Shown here in pieces: positions 1 through 10,093 of a stretch of DNA of 64,000 bases. Source of the stretch: a virus; the IMG/VR virus record IMGVR_UViG_3300025141_016375, positions 9,895 through 73,894 of that record. The stretch is one strand, 5' to 3'. Numbering within the stretch: position 1 is the stretch's first letter; each line of letters opens with the position of its first letter. A program made the translations under genes and the position numbers. A model generated the notes under the pieces. It had not been told where the DNA came from, made no database searches, and saw nothing but the letters and a program-made list of their open reading frames with translations.

Positions 1-2
1 CT

Positions 3-704
3 GCCCTGGCCCGATTTCTTAACGCCCACACTCCGCTTAAGCGTATTAATGGCGAACACAAGAAGGGAATGTGGGGAGTTAAGCCTCGCAATAAAGACCA
101 GATATTTGCACTGGACCTCCTTCAAGATCCTTCGGTTCATATCGTCACTTTGGTGGGGAAAGCGGGCTCTGGCAAAACACTATTGGCAATTGCGGCCGGG
201 TTATACCAAACTATGGAAACACAAGAATATAAAAGACTTGTCATCTCCCGGCCCATCCAGCCCATGGGAAGGGATATCGGCTTTCTCCCAGGTACGATGG
301 CAGAAAAAATGGCCCCATGGGTTGCGCCCATCCAAGATAATTTACAATTTTTGATGGGAAACGACAAAGAAACTTTGCGTATGTACATTGAAGATGGTAC
401 AATTGAAGTTGAAGCTCTAACATATATAAGAGGCCGTTCCATTTCCAACGCATTTATTATTGTGGATGAAGCCCAGAATCTGACTGCACATGAATTGAAA
501 ACAATCATCACTCGTGTAGGAGAAAATACTAAATTGGTTTTAACTGGCGACGTAGAACAAATAGACAATGTATATATCGATGAAACATCCAATGGCCTCA
601 CCCACGCCGTGGAAAGGTTTAAATCATACGATATATCAGGACACGTCACTCTTGTCAAAGGTGAACGATCAAAAATTGCTACACTCGCAGCAAAAATTCT
701 TTAA
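3..704 (+). CDS. phoH: PhoH-family ATPase, 5'-truncated by the window edge (possibly PIN-PhoH type)
   Basis: Walker A GKAGSGKT, plus GFLPG, YIRGRSI, IVDEAQN and GDVEQID motifs. The frame is open back to nt 3 (ALARFLNAHTPLKRINGEHKKG-MWG), so the gene starts upstream of the window. Confidence 0.95.
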   Translation, partial: ALARFLNAHTPLKRINGEHKKGMWGVKPRNKDQIFALDLLQDPSVHIVTLVGKAGSGKTLLAIAAGLYQTMETQEYKRLVISRPIQPMGRDIGFLPGTMAEKMAPWVAPIQDNLQFLMGNDKETLRMYIEDGTIEVEALTYIRGRSISNAFIIVDEAQNLTAHELKTIITRVGENTKLVLTGDVEQIDNVYIDETSNGLTHAVERFKSYDISGHVTLVKGERSKIATLAAKIL

Positions 705-745
705 AAATATATATATGTAATGTTATTATTGACATGGAGGCTATT

Positions 746-1033
746 ATGAGCTATAATGAAAATGAGAATCCTGACTTGCAAAAAGTCGTTGAGAAAGAGA
801 ACCCAATGAAAGGGTGGCTTGTTAGCTATGTTGGCGACAAGCTTAAACCTGAGAATGATGAAGTAACGGTAGAATTGATTATCGAAGCCATGGCAGATGA
901 ATTTCCTGAATTTATATTAGCCGTCGCCGAAGAAAACTTTATAAGAGGATACCGACAAGCTTTAGTGGATGTAGATGAAGAAGAAGCGCCTGCCGAAGAA
1001 ACACAGAATGAAAAACTATATAATCAAAAATAG
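746..1033 (+). CDS. Small acidic hypothetical phage protein
   Basis: ORF 734..1033. The ATG at 746 follows a GGAGG SD at 736-740. Confidence 0.75.
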   Translation: MSYNENENPDLQKVVEKENPMKGWLVSYVGDKLKPENDEVTVELIIEAMADEFPEFILAVAEENFIRGYRQALVDVDEEEAPAEETQNEKLYNQK

Positions 1034-1685
1034 CGAAATAATTCAAGAAAAACTGGCGTCTTCTTTTTATGATAAGCCAATTAACATTGTAAATCCCTTT
1101 ATTAACCCTATTAACTTTAAAAGTGTTTTATCCCAATTAGAGTCTTATATTCCTCTCCACTTGACCCATAATTTGGATGGGATTTATATTGGGGATTTCA
1201 AAGATTTTAAAAAGAACAACCGCGATGTAAATGCATCTTATAAAGACGGCGGCATTTTTGTTTCCAACGAGCAAGATGATGAAGCTGATTTAATAGACGA
1301 TATCATCCATGAGATTGGTCATTCTTTAGAAGGGCAATACAAAGATCATTTATATGGAGACGAAGTTTTAGAAGGGGAGTTTTTAAGCAAAAGACGGACC
1401 CTTTATCATCTTCTTGATGATAATAAAGAGAAAAGTCTGATGGACTTTTTGGATCCTGAATATAGTTTGGACTTTGATATGTTTTTGTACCAAACACTGG
1501 GCTATGACTATTTACGCCTTGCGTCTGCTAATCTGTTTTATTCTCCCTATGGAATCACTTCTCTGCGCGAATATTGGGCAGACGGATTTGAAAATTATTT
1601 CTTGGGCGACAGAAGAAAGTTAAAAGAATTAAGCCCCATACTGTATAATAAAATAAAAGCCTTAGTTGATAACGAAATAGAATAA
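1008..1685 (+). CDS. HExxH zincin-like metallopeptidase-fold protein
   Basis: IIHEIGHS plus a downstream REYWADGFENYF (third ligand Glu). Likely start is ATG 1008 within ORF 975..1685. Confidence 0.6.
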   Translation: MKNYIIKNSEIIQEKLASSFYDKPINIVNPFINPINFKSVLSQLESYIPLHLTHNLDGIYIGDFKDFKKNNRDVNASYKDGGIFVSNEQDDEADLIDDIIHEIGHSLEGQYKDHLYGDEVLEGEFLSKRRTLYHLLDDNKEKSLMDFLDPEYSLDFDMFLYQTLGYDYLRLASANLFYSPYGITSLREYWADGFENYFLGDRRKLKELSPILYNKIKALVDNEIE

Positions 1686-2468
1686 ATGACCCACATCTCA
1701 TATTCCGAATTAAAAGAGTGGACCGTGTGTCCATGGAAGCACAAATTAAATTACATTGATAGGATCAATGAATTTAAAGGAAACGAACATACAGCATTTG
1801 GCACCAGCATGCATACTGTATGTGAACATTTAGTTTCAGATGGCAAATTAGAGTCGACTGATTTTTTTGATAAAGAGTTTGTGAAAAATCTTTCCACTAT
1901 TAAAGAAAAAGACCCCAATATCGTTTTTAAGAAAGATTTAGTGGAACAGATGAGAGTACAAGGAGTGGCGCTCATCAAACATGTGCTCCCTGCTCTTCGC
2001 TCGTATTTTAGAAAGTTTGAGTTAATTTCAATAGAAGAAAAATTATACACCCCGATTGCAGATCAAGAGTTTAATTTTAAGGGCTTTGTAGATCTAGTTG
2101 TAAAAACCTCAGACGGTAAATACCACGTGGTCGATTGGAAAACATGCTCTTGGGGGTGGGATAGTAGAAAAAAGAACGACAAGATGATAACCTATCAGCT
2201 TACCCTCTATAAGCATTTTTGGAGTAAAAAACACAACGTTGACCCTAAAGACGTAATTACGCATTTTGCGTTGCTAAAGCGCACAGCGAAACACCATCAA
2301 GTAGAATTATTTAAAGTTACTAGCGGCCAGAAAAAAACACAAAACGCTCTTAAACTCTTAAATAAAGCCATATATAATATTCAAAAAGCCAATTTCATTA
2401 AAAATAAATTAGCGTGTTATGGAAGATATGGCACGTGCGAATACTATAAAACAACCCATTGCCCTTAA
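1686..2468 (+). CDS. PD-(D/E)XK Cas4/RecB-like exonuclease with putative Fe-S cluster
   Basis: ISYS..CP, FGT.MH and GFVDLV...VVDWKT...YQLTLY motifs. One N-terminal Cys plus three C-terminal Cys (CYGRYGTCEYYKTTHC). Confidence 0.85.
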   Translation: MTHISYSELKEWTVCPWKHKLNYIDRINEFKGNEHTAFGTSMHTVCEHLVSDGKLESTDFFDKEFVKNLSTIKEKDPNIVFKKDLVEQMRVQGVALIKHVLPALRSYFRKFELISIEEKLYTPIADQEFNFKGFVDLVVKTSDGKYHVVDWKTCSWGWDSRKKNDKMITYQLTLYKHFWSKKHNVDPKDVITHFALLKRTAKHHQVELFKVTSGQKKTQNALKLLNKAIYNIQKANFIKNKLACYGRYGTCEYYKTTHCP

Positions 2469-2476
2469 AGGTGACT

Positions 2477-3748
2477 ATGAATAAAAAAATCAAACTCCTA
2501 ACTTTAGGAGATATGCCGCTTTCTCCGAGCGGCGTGGGTACCCAAACCAAATACATTATTGAATCACTGTTGAGAACAGGCAAATATCAAGTAGTGAGTT
2601 TGGGCGGCGCTATTAAACACCCCAATCACAATCCTATTAAAACCGAAGAGTTTAAAGAAGATTGGGTGATTTATCCTGTGGATGGATATGGAAATCCTGA
2701 CTTGGTAAGATCACTAATACGCAATGAAAGGCCCGACATTTTGTGGTTTATGACCGACCCTAGATTTTGGGCATGGCTATGGCAAATGGAAAACGAGATT
2801 AGACCCTTAATACCGATGCTCTATTATCATGTATGGGATAATTACCCCTATCCACACTATAATAAAGTGTTTTATGACTCTAATGACATGATTGTGAGTA
2901 TTTCCAAGCTCACCCAAGACATTGTAGAAACGGTGGCTCCTAGTGTCAAATCAGTGTATTTGCCTCATGCCGTTAATACGGAAGTATTCACCCCGCGCGA
3001 CCCTCATAGCGACGAGATAGAAACAGCCAAAAGAACTCTCTTTGGAGAAAGTTATGATCCGGACAAATTTACTTTTTTTTGGAACAATAGAAATGCTCGC
3101 CGCAAGCAAAGTGGATCTTTGATTTTTTGGTTCAAGGCTTTTTTAGACAAAGTAGGCCACGACAAAGCTTGCTTAGTGATGCACACTGAAACAAGAGACC
3201 CACATGGCCAGGACCTTCAGGCTATAATTCAAGAGTTGGGACTAACGAACGGCGAAATATATTTTAGCCAGCACAAAGTGGATGCCGCACAATTGGCCTT
3301 GATCTACAATATGATGGATTGTACCATCAATATATCCGATGCGGAAGGTTTTGGTTTAGCCACGTTGGAATCTCTAGCATCGGGAGTGCCTATTATTGTT
3401 AATATGACAGGGGGCCTTCAAGAACAAGTGACTGACGGTGAAAAATGGTTTGGTATTGGACTCTCCCCAACATCTAAAGCTATAATTGGTTCCCAAGAGA
3501 TTCCTTATATATATGAAGATAGACTTTCGGAAGAAATAGTTGTACAAGCCTTATATGATATGTACACTAAATCGCCGGAAGAAAGAAAAAAACTAGGGGA
3601 GCAAGGCCGCCAGCACGTGCTTAAAAATTATAATTTCGAAAATTATGGGAAAGAGTGGGATAATATCTTAACTACGCTCTATGAGGAAGAGGGGTCATGG
3701 AATACTCGCAAACCTCACCAACGTTGGATATTTAAGGAGATAGTATGA
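2477..3748 (+). CDS. GT-B glycosyltransferase (GT4 / Glycos_transf_1)
   Basis: N-terminal SGVGT, NRNARRK, and the EGFGLATLES (E-x7-E) signature. Likely start is ATG 2477. Confidence 0.9.
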   Translation: MNKKIKLLTLGDMPLSPSGVGTQTKYIIESLLRTGKYQVVSLGGAIKHPNHNPIKTEEFKEDWVIYPVDGYGNPDLVRSLIRNERPDILWFMTDPRFWAWLWQMENEIRPLIPMLYYHVWDNYPYPHYNKVFYDSNDMIVSISKLTQDIVETVAPSVKSVYLPHAVNTEVFTPRDPHSDEIETAKRTLFGESYDPDKFTFFWNNRNARRKQSGSLIFWFKAFLDKVGHDKACLVMHTETRDPHGQDLQAIIQELGLTNGEIYFSQHKVDAAQLALIYNMMDCTINISDAEGFGLATLESLASGVPIIVNMTGGLQEQVTDGEKWFGIGLSPTSKAIIGSQEIPYIYEDRLSEEIVVQALYDMYTKSPEERKKLGEQGRQHVLKNYNFENYGKEWDNILTTLYEEEGSWNTRKPHQRWIFKEIV

Positions 3749-5766
3749 AAACTAAAGTAATAGTAAGGGCACCCGCCCTGACTCGTACCGGGTATGGAGA
3801 GCACGGCCGTTTTGTATTAAGAGCATTGCGCACAATGCAAGATGTTTTGGATATACATTTATTACCAGTTAATTGGGGAGCCTCTAATTGGATGTGGGAA
3901 GACACTGAGGAGCGCCGTTGGCTAGATGAGATCACGCATAAGACGGCCATTTATCACCAACAGGCTCAGCAAGCTGGCGTTCCCGTACATTACGACATGA
4001 GTGTTCAAGTGACTATCCCCAATGAATGGCAGAAGATGGCTGCGATTAATATAGGCGTAACTGCCGGTATTGAGAGTACTAAAGTTGCCCCTGTGTGGCT
4101 AGAAAAAGCCAATGAAATGGATAAAATAGTTACCGTATCCCAACATTCCAAAAATGTTTTTTTAAATACAGCTTATGATGGAACCCACAAGCACACTGGC
4201 GAACCTTTGCGGCTCAAATGTACTACCCCTGTAGAAGTGGTACATTACCCCATTAAAGACTGCGACGCAACTCCTTTAAATTTCCAATGCTCTACTTCAT
4301 TTAATTTTTTGACGATTGCACAATGGGGCCCTCGTAAAAATATAGATAACACGATTTGTTGGTTTGTAGAAGAATTTATCGATAATCCCGATGTAGGACT
4401 GGTAGTGAAAGTGTTTGGAAAAGGAGGGTCTCTCATAGACCGGCAGACTTCCCAACGCCAATTAGAAGCACTCTTGGCACCGTATAAAAATAGACAGTGT
4501 AAGGTTTATTTTTTACATGGTGATTTAAGCGAAGAAGAAATGCATGGTCTTTATAAACACCCGAGCATCAAGGCGTTTTTCTCGTTAAGCCATGGCGAAG
4601 GATTTGGGCTCCCGCATTTTGAAGCAGCATATTCTGGATTGCCTGTAATCGCTCCTGAGTGGAGTGGATATTTAGATTTCTTGTGCATGCCCAAAACGGA
4701 TAAAAAAGGAAGAAGTCGCATTAAGCCACATTTTATTTCCGTTGATTATGAATTGTTACCCATTAACCAAGAGGCCCACTGGGAAGGAGTACTAGAAAAG
4801 GATGCGATGTGGTGTTTTCCCACACAGGGATCATGTAAAATGAAATTGCGAGAAGTGGTCAAAGATTACGGCCGCTTTAAGAAACAAGCCAAAACCTTAC
4901 AGAAATGGATCTTGCAAAATTTTCAGCCTAATGTTCAATATGAAAAACTCGTTTCGAGCGTAGTGGGAAATTTAAAGGCTACGCCGGAGCCATGGCTTCC
5001 TCCTCAAAGTATTGGGGGGGTGAGTTTTTGTATTCCAACAAATGGAAAAAGATCCGAAAAAACCGATTTAACTATTAAAAGTATTCAGAACCAACCATGG
5101 GGCGAATTGCCTTATGAAATTATAGTATGCGGGGATGTGGAAAATTTTCAAAACTCTTCGGGTGCCAATATCGTTCTGGTGGAGAAGAAAGACGCATCCA
5201 CCACCGGCCATGTGGCCACTTTGCGAAATGGCGCAGTCGACCATGCTCAATATGATACCATTGTATTTTGCGATGATGACATTTTGTTAGATGCGGATTG
5301 GCTGGACGGCACAAGAGCCTATAACGAGAATAATGGCTGGCAGGTCTTAGGAAACGCTTTGCTCAACCCAGATGGTACTCGTCACTGGGACCGTGCTTTA
5401 TTGTCTCCGCATGTGTTGGTTAATTATAACCATCCAAGCACGGATAAAAATCTTATCCAAACATCAGGCTTTTTTATGATTCGACGTTCCCTCCACGAAA
5501 TAGTGCAGTGGAACGAAGAGTGCTTTGTTTATGCTGATCGAGAGAATAAGGGCGTACCCGAAGATGTGCAGTATAGTTTAGATTTACACGCCCATAACAT
5601 TCCTTTATCTTTTAATGATACAGTATGTGTGTGGCACAATGATGAGCGCTACACCCAGTTTAACAATCAAACATTATATAAAAATGTTATTCCTGATCAT
5701 CAAGAGCGAGGATTCTCTCCACTATTTGAACGGGCGACGATGGCGGCCACTTTCCAAAAGATATGA
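3745..5766 (+). CDS. Bifunctional glycosyltransferase: N-terminal GT4 (GT-B) fused to C-terminal GT2 (GT-A)
   Basis: TGYG, PRKN and GEGFGLPHFEA in the N-terminal part. SFCIPT, LRNGA, FCDDD (DxD) and PEDV in the C-terminal part. Confidence 0.85.
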   Translation: MKTKVIVRAPALTRTGYGEHGRFVLRALRTMQDVLDIHLLPVNWGASNWMWEDTEERRWLDEITHKTAIYHQQAQQAGVPVHYDMSVQVTIPNEWQKMAAINIGVTAGIESTKVAPVWLEKANEMDKIVTVSQHSKNVFLNTAYDGTHKHTGEPLRLKCTTPVEVVHYPIKDCDATPLNFQCSTSFNFLTIAQWGPRKNIDNTICWFVEEFIDNPDVGLVVKVFGKGGSLIDRQTSQRQLEALLAPYKNRQCKVYFLHGDLSEEEMHGLYKHPSIKAFFSLSHGEGFGLPHFEAAYSGLPVIAPEWSGYLDFLCMPKTDKKGRSRIKPHFISVDYELLPINQEAHWEGVLEKDAMWCFPTQGSCKMKLREVVKDYGRFKKQAKTLQKWILQNFQPNVQYEKLVSSVVGNLKATPEPWLPPQSIGGVSFCIPTNGKRSEKTDLTIKSIQNQPWGELPYEIIVCGDVENFQNSSGANIVLVEKKDASTTGHVATLRNGAVDHAQYDTIVFCDDDILLDADWLDGTRAYNENNGWQVLGNALLNPDGTRHWDRALLSPHVLVNYNHPSTDKNLIQTSGFFMIRRSLHEIVQWNEECFVYADRENKGVPEDVQYSLDLHAHNIPLSFNDTVCVWHNDERYTQFNNQTLYKNVIPDHQERGFSPLFERATMAATFQKI

Positions 5767-6539
5767 AATTATCTATTATAACCGCTGTTGGGCCCCTAAA
5801 GCACTATGAAAAATTTATTCCTCGATATATCGATAATGTAATGGCTCAAACTGTTTTTAGTGAATGCGAAATTATTGTAGTTTACATGGAATGGGATGAG
5901 AAATTTACACAGTTAAATAAACTAAATAATGTTAAGTATATTCTTGACGACCAAGAAAAAGGCGCCTATAATGCTTGGAATATGGGAATCCAAGCTAGCA
6001 ATGCACCCTATGTAACAAATTGGAATATTGACGACATTAGGCACCCCACTAGTTTGGAACGCCAAGCTACCATATTGGATAATAATTCTGATATTGATTT
6101 AATCTACAATTATCACATGATAACTAATGATTGGGAAGAAACGTTTAAGAATCTTAATCCACACACAGAGCGGCATGTTAAATTTTATCCCGATGATGGA
6201 CATGCAGTGGTCCATCAATGCTGCATGTGTGGACCAGATCCATTATGGAGGCGCGCCCTACACGATAAGGTAGGCTATTTTGATTATGAGAACTACCCTT
6301 CTATCGCGGATTGGGATATGTGGATTCGGATGGCCGACGCAGGGTGCAAGTTTAAACTTATTCCCTTACCACTGTGTCTTTTTTATGATGGTGATTCCAG
6401 CATTAGCCAACGTTTTCAATCTTCGCGAGAAGAAATAGAAAATAAAAAATTATACCAGCAGCACAAAGAGGGGTTTGATAACGTCTCTCCGGTTAAGTGG
6501 TCGATAGGACGCGTGTATATTAATGAAAAAAGTTATTAG
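5763..6539 (+). CDS. GT2-family glycosyltransferase
   Basis: LSIITA, YNAWNMGI, NIDD (DxD-like) and ADWDMWIR motifs. Confidence 0.9.
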   Translation: MKLSIITAVGPLKHYEKFIPRYIDNVMAQTVFSECEIIVVYMEWDEKFTQLNKLNNVKYILDDQEKGAYNAWNMGIQASNAPYVTNWNIDDIRHPTSLERQATILDNNSDIDLIYNYHMITNDWEETFKNLNPHTERHVKFYPDDGHAVVHQCCMCGPDPLWRRALHDKVGYFDYENYPSIADWDMWIRMADAGCKFKLIPLPLCLFYDGDSSISQRFQSSREEIENKKLYQQHKEGFDNVSPVKWSIGRVYINEKSY

Positions 6540-7176
6540 TTTTAGTTTGTGGGGCGACGATGAGAAATATACCATCGGCGCTATTCGCAATGCACAATTG
6601 GCCTCCCAAGTATATCCTGAATGGGAAGCGCGCTTTTATTGTGGGACGTCAGTCCCCGTTTCTATCATAGATCAATTGCGCGAATTACAGGCCCATGTGA
6701 TCATGATGGAAGAAGCAGGGGATTGGACTGGAATGTTCTGGCGCTTCCTCGCAATTGCCGACTCAGATGTAGAAATCATGATTTCGAGGGACACTGATTC
6801 ACGATTAAACACCAGAGAAAAAGCCGCAGTGGATGAATGGCTTGAAGGCCCCCAACTTTTTCATATTATGAGAGACCATCCATGGCATAATGCCCCCATT
6901 TTAGGCGGAATGTGGGGCGCCCGCAAACCCTTGCTTCAGGACATGGCTCAGTTAATAGCCGAATATCAAAAAGGAGATTTTTGGCAAGTAGATCAAAATT
7001 TTCTAAGAGAAGTGGTAGCTCCTCGGGTCGAACATACTTTACATATTCATGATGAATTTTTTTCACGGAGTCCTTTTCCTACGGCTCGCAATGGTGATGA
7101 ATTTGTAGGACAGGTATTTGACGAAAGTGAACAAACCATCCAAGAACATATCGAGATTTTAAGGAGATATTTATGA
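6523..7176 (+). CDS. Putative GT-A-like glycan-modifying protein
   Basis: ISFSLWG, WRFL, SRDTDSR (DxD), MRDHPWH..ILGGMWG and DQNFL motifs; lies inside the glycan cluster. Confidence 0.55.
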   Translation: MKKVISFSLWGDDEKYTIGAIRNAQLASQVYPEWEARFYCGTSVPVSIIDQLRELQAHVIMMEEAGDWTGMFWRFLAIADSDVEIMISRDTDSRLNTREKAAVDEWLEGPQLFHIMRDHPWHNAPILGGMWGARKPLLQDMAQLIAEYQKGDFWQVDQNFLREVVAPRVEHTLHIHDEFFSRSPFPTARNGDEFVGQVFDESEQTIQEHIEILRRYL

Positions 7177-7832
7177 AACATGAACCCTATGAATTATGGT
7201 GGGAAAATAATTTGGGAAAATCCTATGACCATGCAGGCACCCAACACGAAGCTCCCGATGAAGATGGGTTTATAACGTGGATGGGAGATCCTTTTGCTAT
7301 GGATCGCCAACAGGTAAGGAGACTCCTAGATCCCAATATTAAAACATTTTTGGATGTGGGTTGCGGTGCGGCCCCCGAGTATATCGGACTGCAGCAGAGC
7401 CACCCCGACATTGAATACCATGGCGTCGATATTACTCCACGTTTAGTTTCGTATTGCACCAATAAGGGAATTGATGTGGTTTTTGGCACGGCGCGAAATC
7501 TGCCCTTTGATGATGCATCGATGGATGCTGTACATGCGCGCCATGTTCTAGAGCACATGGCAGATTTTAAAGAACCCTTAGCAGAATTCATTAGAGTGGC
7601 CCGCCAAAAGGTTTATATAGCTTTTTTCATTTCTCCCATTTTAAGCCCCACCAGTCGCATTACTGATATATCACAATTGGACATTCCTTGTTATAATAAT
7701 GCATATAGTTTGTCGGAAATAAAAGATTTTTTAGCGAGTAGCACTAAAGTAAAAAGCTATGAATGGTATAGTTTGGGAGGGCATAGTAAATGTTTGCTAT
7801 CCATAGATATAATAGATATAAAGAAAGCGTAA
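7173..7832 (+). CDS. Class I SAM-dependent methyltransferase
   Basis: FLDVGCG, GVDIT, LPFDD and HVLEH motifs. Confidence 0.9.
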   Translation: MKHEPYELWWENNLGKSYDHAGTQHEAPDEDGFITWMGDPFAMDRQQVRRLLDPNIKTFLDVGCGAAPEYIGLQQSHPDIEYHGVDITPRLVSYCTNKGIDVVFGTARNLPFDDASMDAVHARHVLEHMADFKEPLAEFIRVARQKVYIAFFISPILSPTSRITDISQLDIPCYNNAYSLSEIKDFLASSTKVKSYEWYSLGGHSKCLLSIDIIDIKKA

Positions 7833-7892
7833 GCTGAATATTCAATACCCTCGCACTGTGTGAACAGCAACGAAAGAGAAGGAGTTATTAAA

Positions 7893-8435
7893 ATGATAAA
7901 TGGACAAACGAGATTCGTGTTAGACGAACTGGCACAAGAAGGTATCAAATCCGTCTTAAATATAGGATTCAGATATGATTCAGATAAAACTGTTAGAGAT
8001 TCGGTTCACTCTAGGGGAGGAACTTTTTCTGTTTTAGAAGCGTATGGGCCTAATTGCGCAGATATGCGTATAAAAAATACTGCGGATACTGTGTATGAAA
8101 AAGATGTGCGAAACATTGCGGAGTTAGATGCGGAGTGGGATGCTATTATTTGGCTTCATGGTCCCGAACATGTTTATTGGAATGAATTTGTGGAGATACG
8201 AGAAGAGATTGAGAAAAAAGCTAAAAAACTTGTGCTCTATCAAGCTCCCATTGGAGAATATCCTCAAGACGCTCTTTATGGCAACCCATATGAAAAACAT
8301 GTGGAGGCCCTAACCCCAGAAATGTTCTGGCACCTTGGATATGAAATAGTAGTCCACAATGGTAAAAAAACCCATGCGTATGATTTTGTTGAAGGAGAGT
8401 TGACGTTTTCCGCGGTACACAGAGTGGAGGGTTAA
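7893..8435 (+). CDS. Divergent SAM-dependent methyltransferase-like protein
   Basis: SVLNIG, LEAY, DVRN, WDAIIW.HGPEH and NPYEKH. The ATG at 7893 follows an AAGGAG SD. Confidence 0.6.
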   Translation: MINGQTRFVLDELAQEGIKSVLNIGFRYDSDKTVRDSVHSRGGTFSVLEAYGPNCADMRIKNTADTVYEKDVRNIAELDAEWDAIIWLHGPEHVYWNEFVEIREEIEKKAKKLVLYQAPIGEYPQDALYGNPYEKHVEALTPEMFWHLGYEIVVHNGKKTHAYDFVEGELTFSAVHRVEG

Positions 8436-9290
8436 TTGTCAAAACTTTTAATAATTCAAGAAAATGGTCGTCATGACGCCAATCGTCATATGCGAGAGTG
8501 TTTTTCACTTCAACATGGGCTCGCTTCGCATGGTATCGAATCGATTATTTGGGGTCTCGGCCACGACAATTTCTCTATTCCTTTTGAAGATATAGTTGCA
8601 GATTGTGATGCCATCTTATCAATTGAGAATTATGATACCGGGTGGATGCCAAGCTTGGCCGACATAAAAAAAACCAAGTTGTTTTGGAGCATCGACTCTC
8701 ATTGTGCGCTTCGACAACATCAACATTTTTGCCACCATGCTAAAATTGATATTCTTTTGAACTCTACGCCTCATTATAATCAATTTTATTCTAATTTAGT
8801 TAAAAAACGAGTGTGGTTTCCCAATGCAGTGGATTTAAGATGGTTTAGCCCGTTGGAGTGCGAAAAAAAGCACGATGTAGGGTTTTGCGGAAGCTTGATT
8901 CACGATAGAAAACAGTGGCTTAACACCATTCACCAGCAACTACCAGTACGCGTGGGTACGGGAATATTAGGCCGCGCAATGATTGAAGAGGTTAATTCTT
9001 ATCGGGTGTCACTTAATAAGTCAATTGATATAGACATACCATATAGAGTTTTTGAGATGACGGCATGCCGCTTACCTTTGGTGACAAATTATGTTCCCAA
9101 CTTGGAGAGACTCTATGAACTGGGAAAAGAAATCGAAGTATATCAAACAGTTGAGGAATTGATTGCGACGACGACACGATTATTAGAAAACGAGGAAGAG
9201 CGCCACGCATTGGCGCAAGCGGGATATGCTCGCACATTAAGAGACCATAACTATGAAATACGAGCGCGTCAATTAGTGGGACTTTTTTAA
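8436..9290 (+). CDS. CgeB-like glycosyltransferase (Glyco_trans_1_2)
   Basis: DVGFCGS, SLN...YRVFEMTAC and ALAQAGYARTLRDHNY..RA are typical of this family. TTG start after a GGAGG SD. Confidence 0.85.
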   Translation: MSKLLIIQENGRHDANRHMRECFSLQHGLASHGIESIIWGLGHDNFSIPFEDIVADCDAILSIENYDTGWMPSLADIKKTKLFWSIDSHCALRQHQHFCHHAKIDILLNSTPHYNQFYSNLVKKRVWFPNAVDLRWFSPLECEKKHDVGFCGSLIHDRKQWLNTIHQQLPVRVGTGILGRAMIEEVNSYRVSLNKSIDIDIPYRVFEMTACRLPLVTNYVPNLERLYELGKEIEVYQTVEELIATTTRLLENEEERHALAQAGYARTLRDHNYEIRARQLVGLF

Positions 9291-10093
9291 TGCCAGACTT
9301 TCATATTCAAGAAATATCTCATTTCGCCGAGGATGCACATTATTCATCCTCTTTGTTAGCCGTTCAACATCATATGGGCCTAGGCGATCATATACATTTA
9401 TCCGGGCTCGTGCGCTATACAGTGGTGGAATTGGGTTTCGAGGAAGTGCTTTTGTTTTGCAAAGAAGTTTATTATCAAACAATGACTAGGCTTTATGCGG
9501 ACGACGAACGGATAACAGTAGTATCAGTGGGAGACATTTATGGAGGCTTGTCGGAAACTGGTTTAGTAAGAAAACACCTTGAAAGTCTTGGCAGATCGTG
9601 TGTTTATCTGCGCTTAGGCTTTGAGCGCTATCCCGGGCAACTAGCTAACAAATTTGGCTATCCGAGTTTCATTTTTTATGATTTGGCTTGTATTTCTCGC
9701 GACGTACGATGGGAATATTTTAAATTTTCACGCAACCGTCGCGAAGAAAGCCGCCTTTATAAAAAATTGAATCCAAAGGACGTCCCTTATATTTTTGTAC
9801 ATGATGACCCATCTCGCGGCTTTAATATCCCCCTTGAAAGAGTGCTAAAAGCCTCCCCTTTTGCGGACGACAAGCTAGTAATTCGAAATGACATGTCCGA
9901 AAATATATTAGATTTTGGCGCTATTTTAGAGAATTCCGCGGAGATTCATTGTATGGGGAGCGCTCTATTTTGTTTGGCGGATATGTTATCTCTAGAGCAT
10001 CCAAGTTGTTTTTATCACAATATCCGGCCCGTATTCTCTGAATCAGAAATATTACACCAGGACACTCGAAACGAATGGAGTTGGGTACCGTAA
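9290..10093 (+). CDS. Putative GT-B-like glycan-modifying protein
   Basis: HHMGLGDHI N-terminal motif (GLGD as in GT9/GT11-like folds), YIFVHDD and EIHCMGS; cluster context. Confidence 0.5.
   Translation: MPDFHIQEISHFAEDAHYSSSLLAVQHHMGLGDHIHLSGLVRYTVVELGFEEVLLFCKEVYYQTMTRLYADDERITVVSVGDIYGGLSETGLVRKHLESLGRSCVYLRLGFERYPGQLANKFGYPSFIFYDLACISRDVRWEYFKFSRNRREESRLYKKLNPKDVPYIFVHDDPSRGFNIPLERVLKASPFADDKLVIRNDMSENILDFGAILENSAEIHCMGSALFCLADMLSLEHPSCFYHNIRPVFSESEILHQDTRNEWSWVP

Noticed and set aside
49-354. 101-aa + strand ORF
   Set aside because: Out-of-frame overlap with phoH, which carries all the conserved motifs.
1686-2468. CRISPR-Cas locus suggested by the Cas4-like gene
   Set aside because: No repeat-spacer array and no cas1/cas2 in the window.
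7836-7845. Palindrome TGAATATTCA region in the gap after the methyltransferase gene
   Set aside because: Single short AT-rich palindrome, not seen recurring, with no terminator-like U tract.
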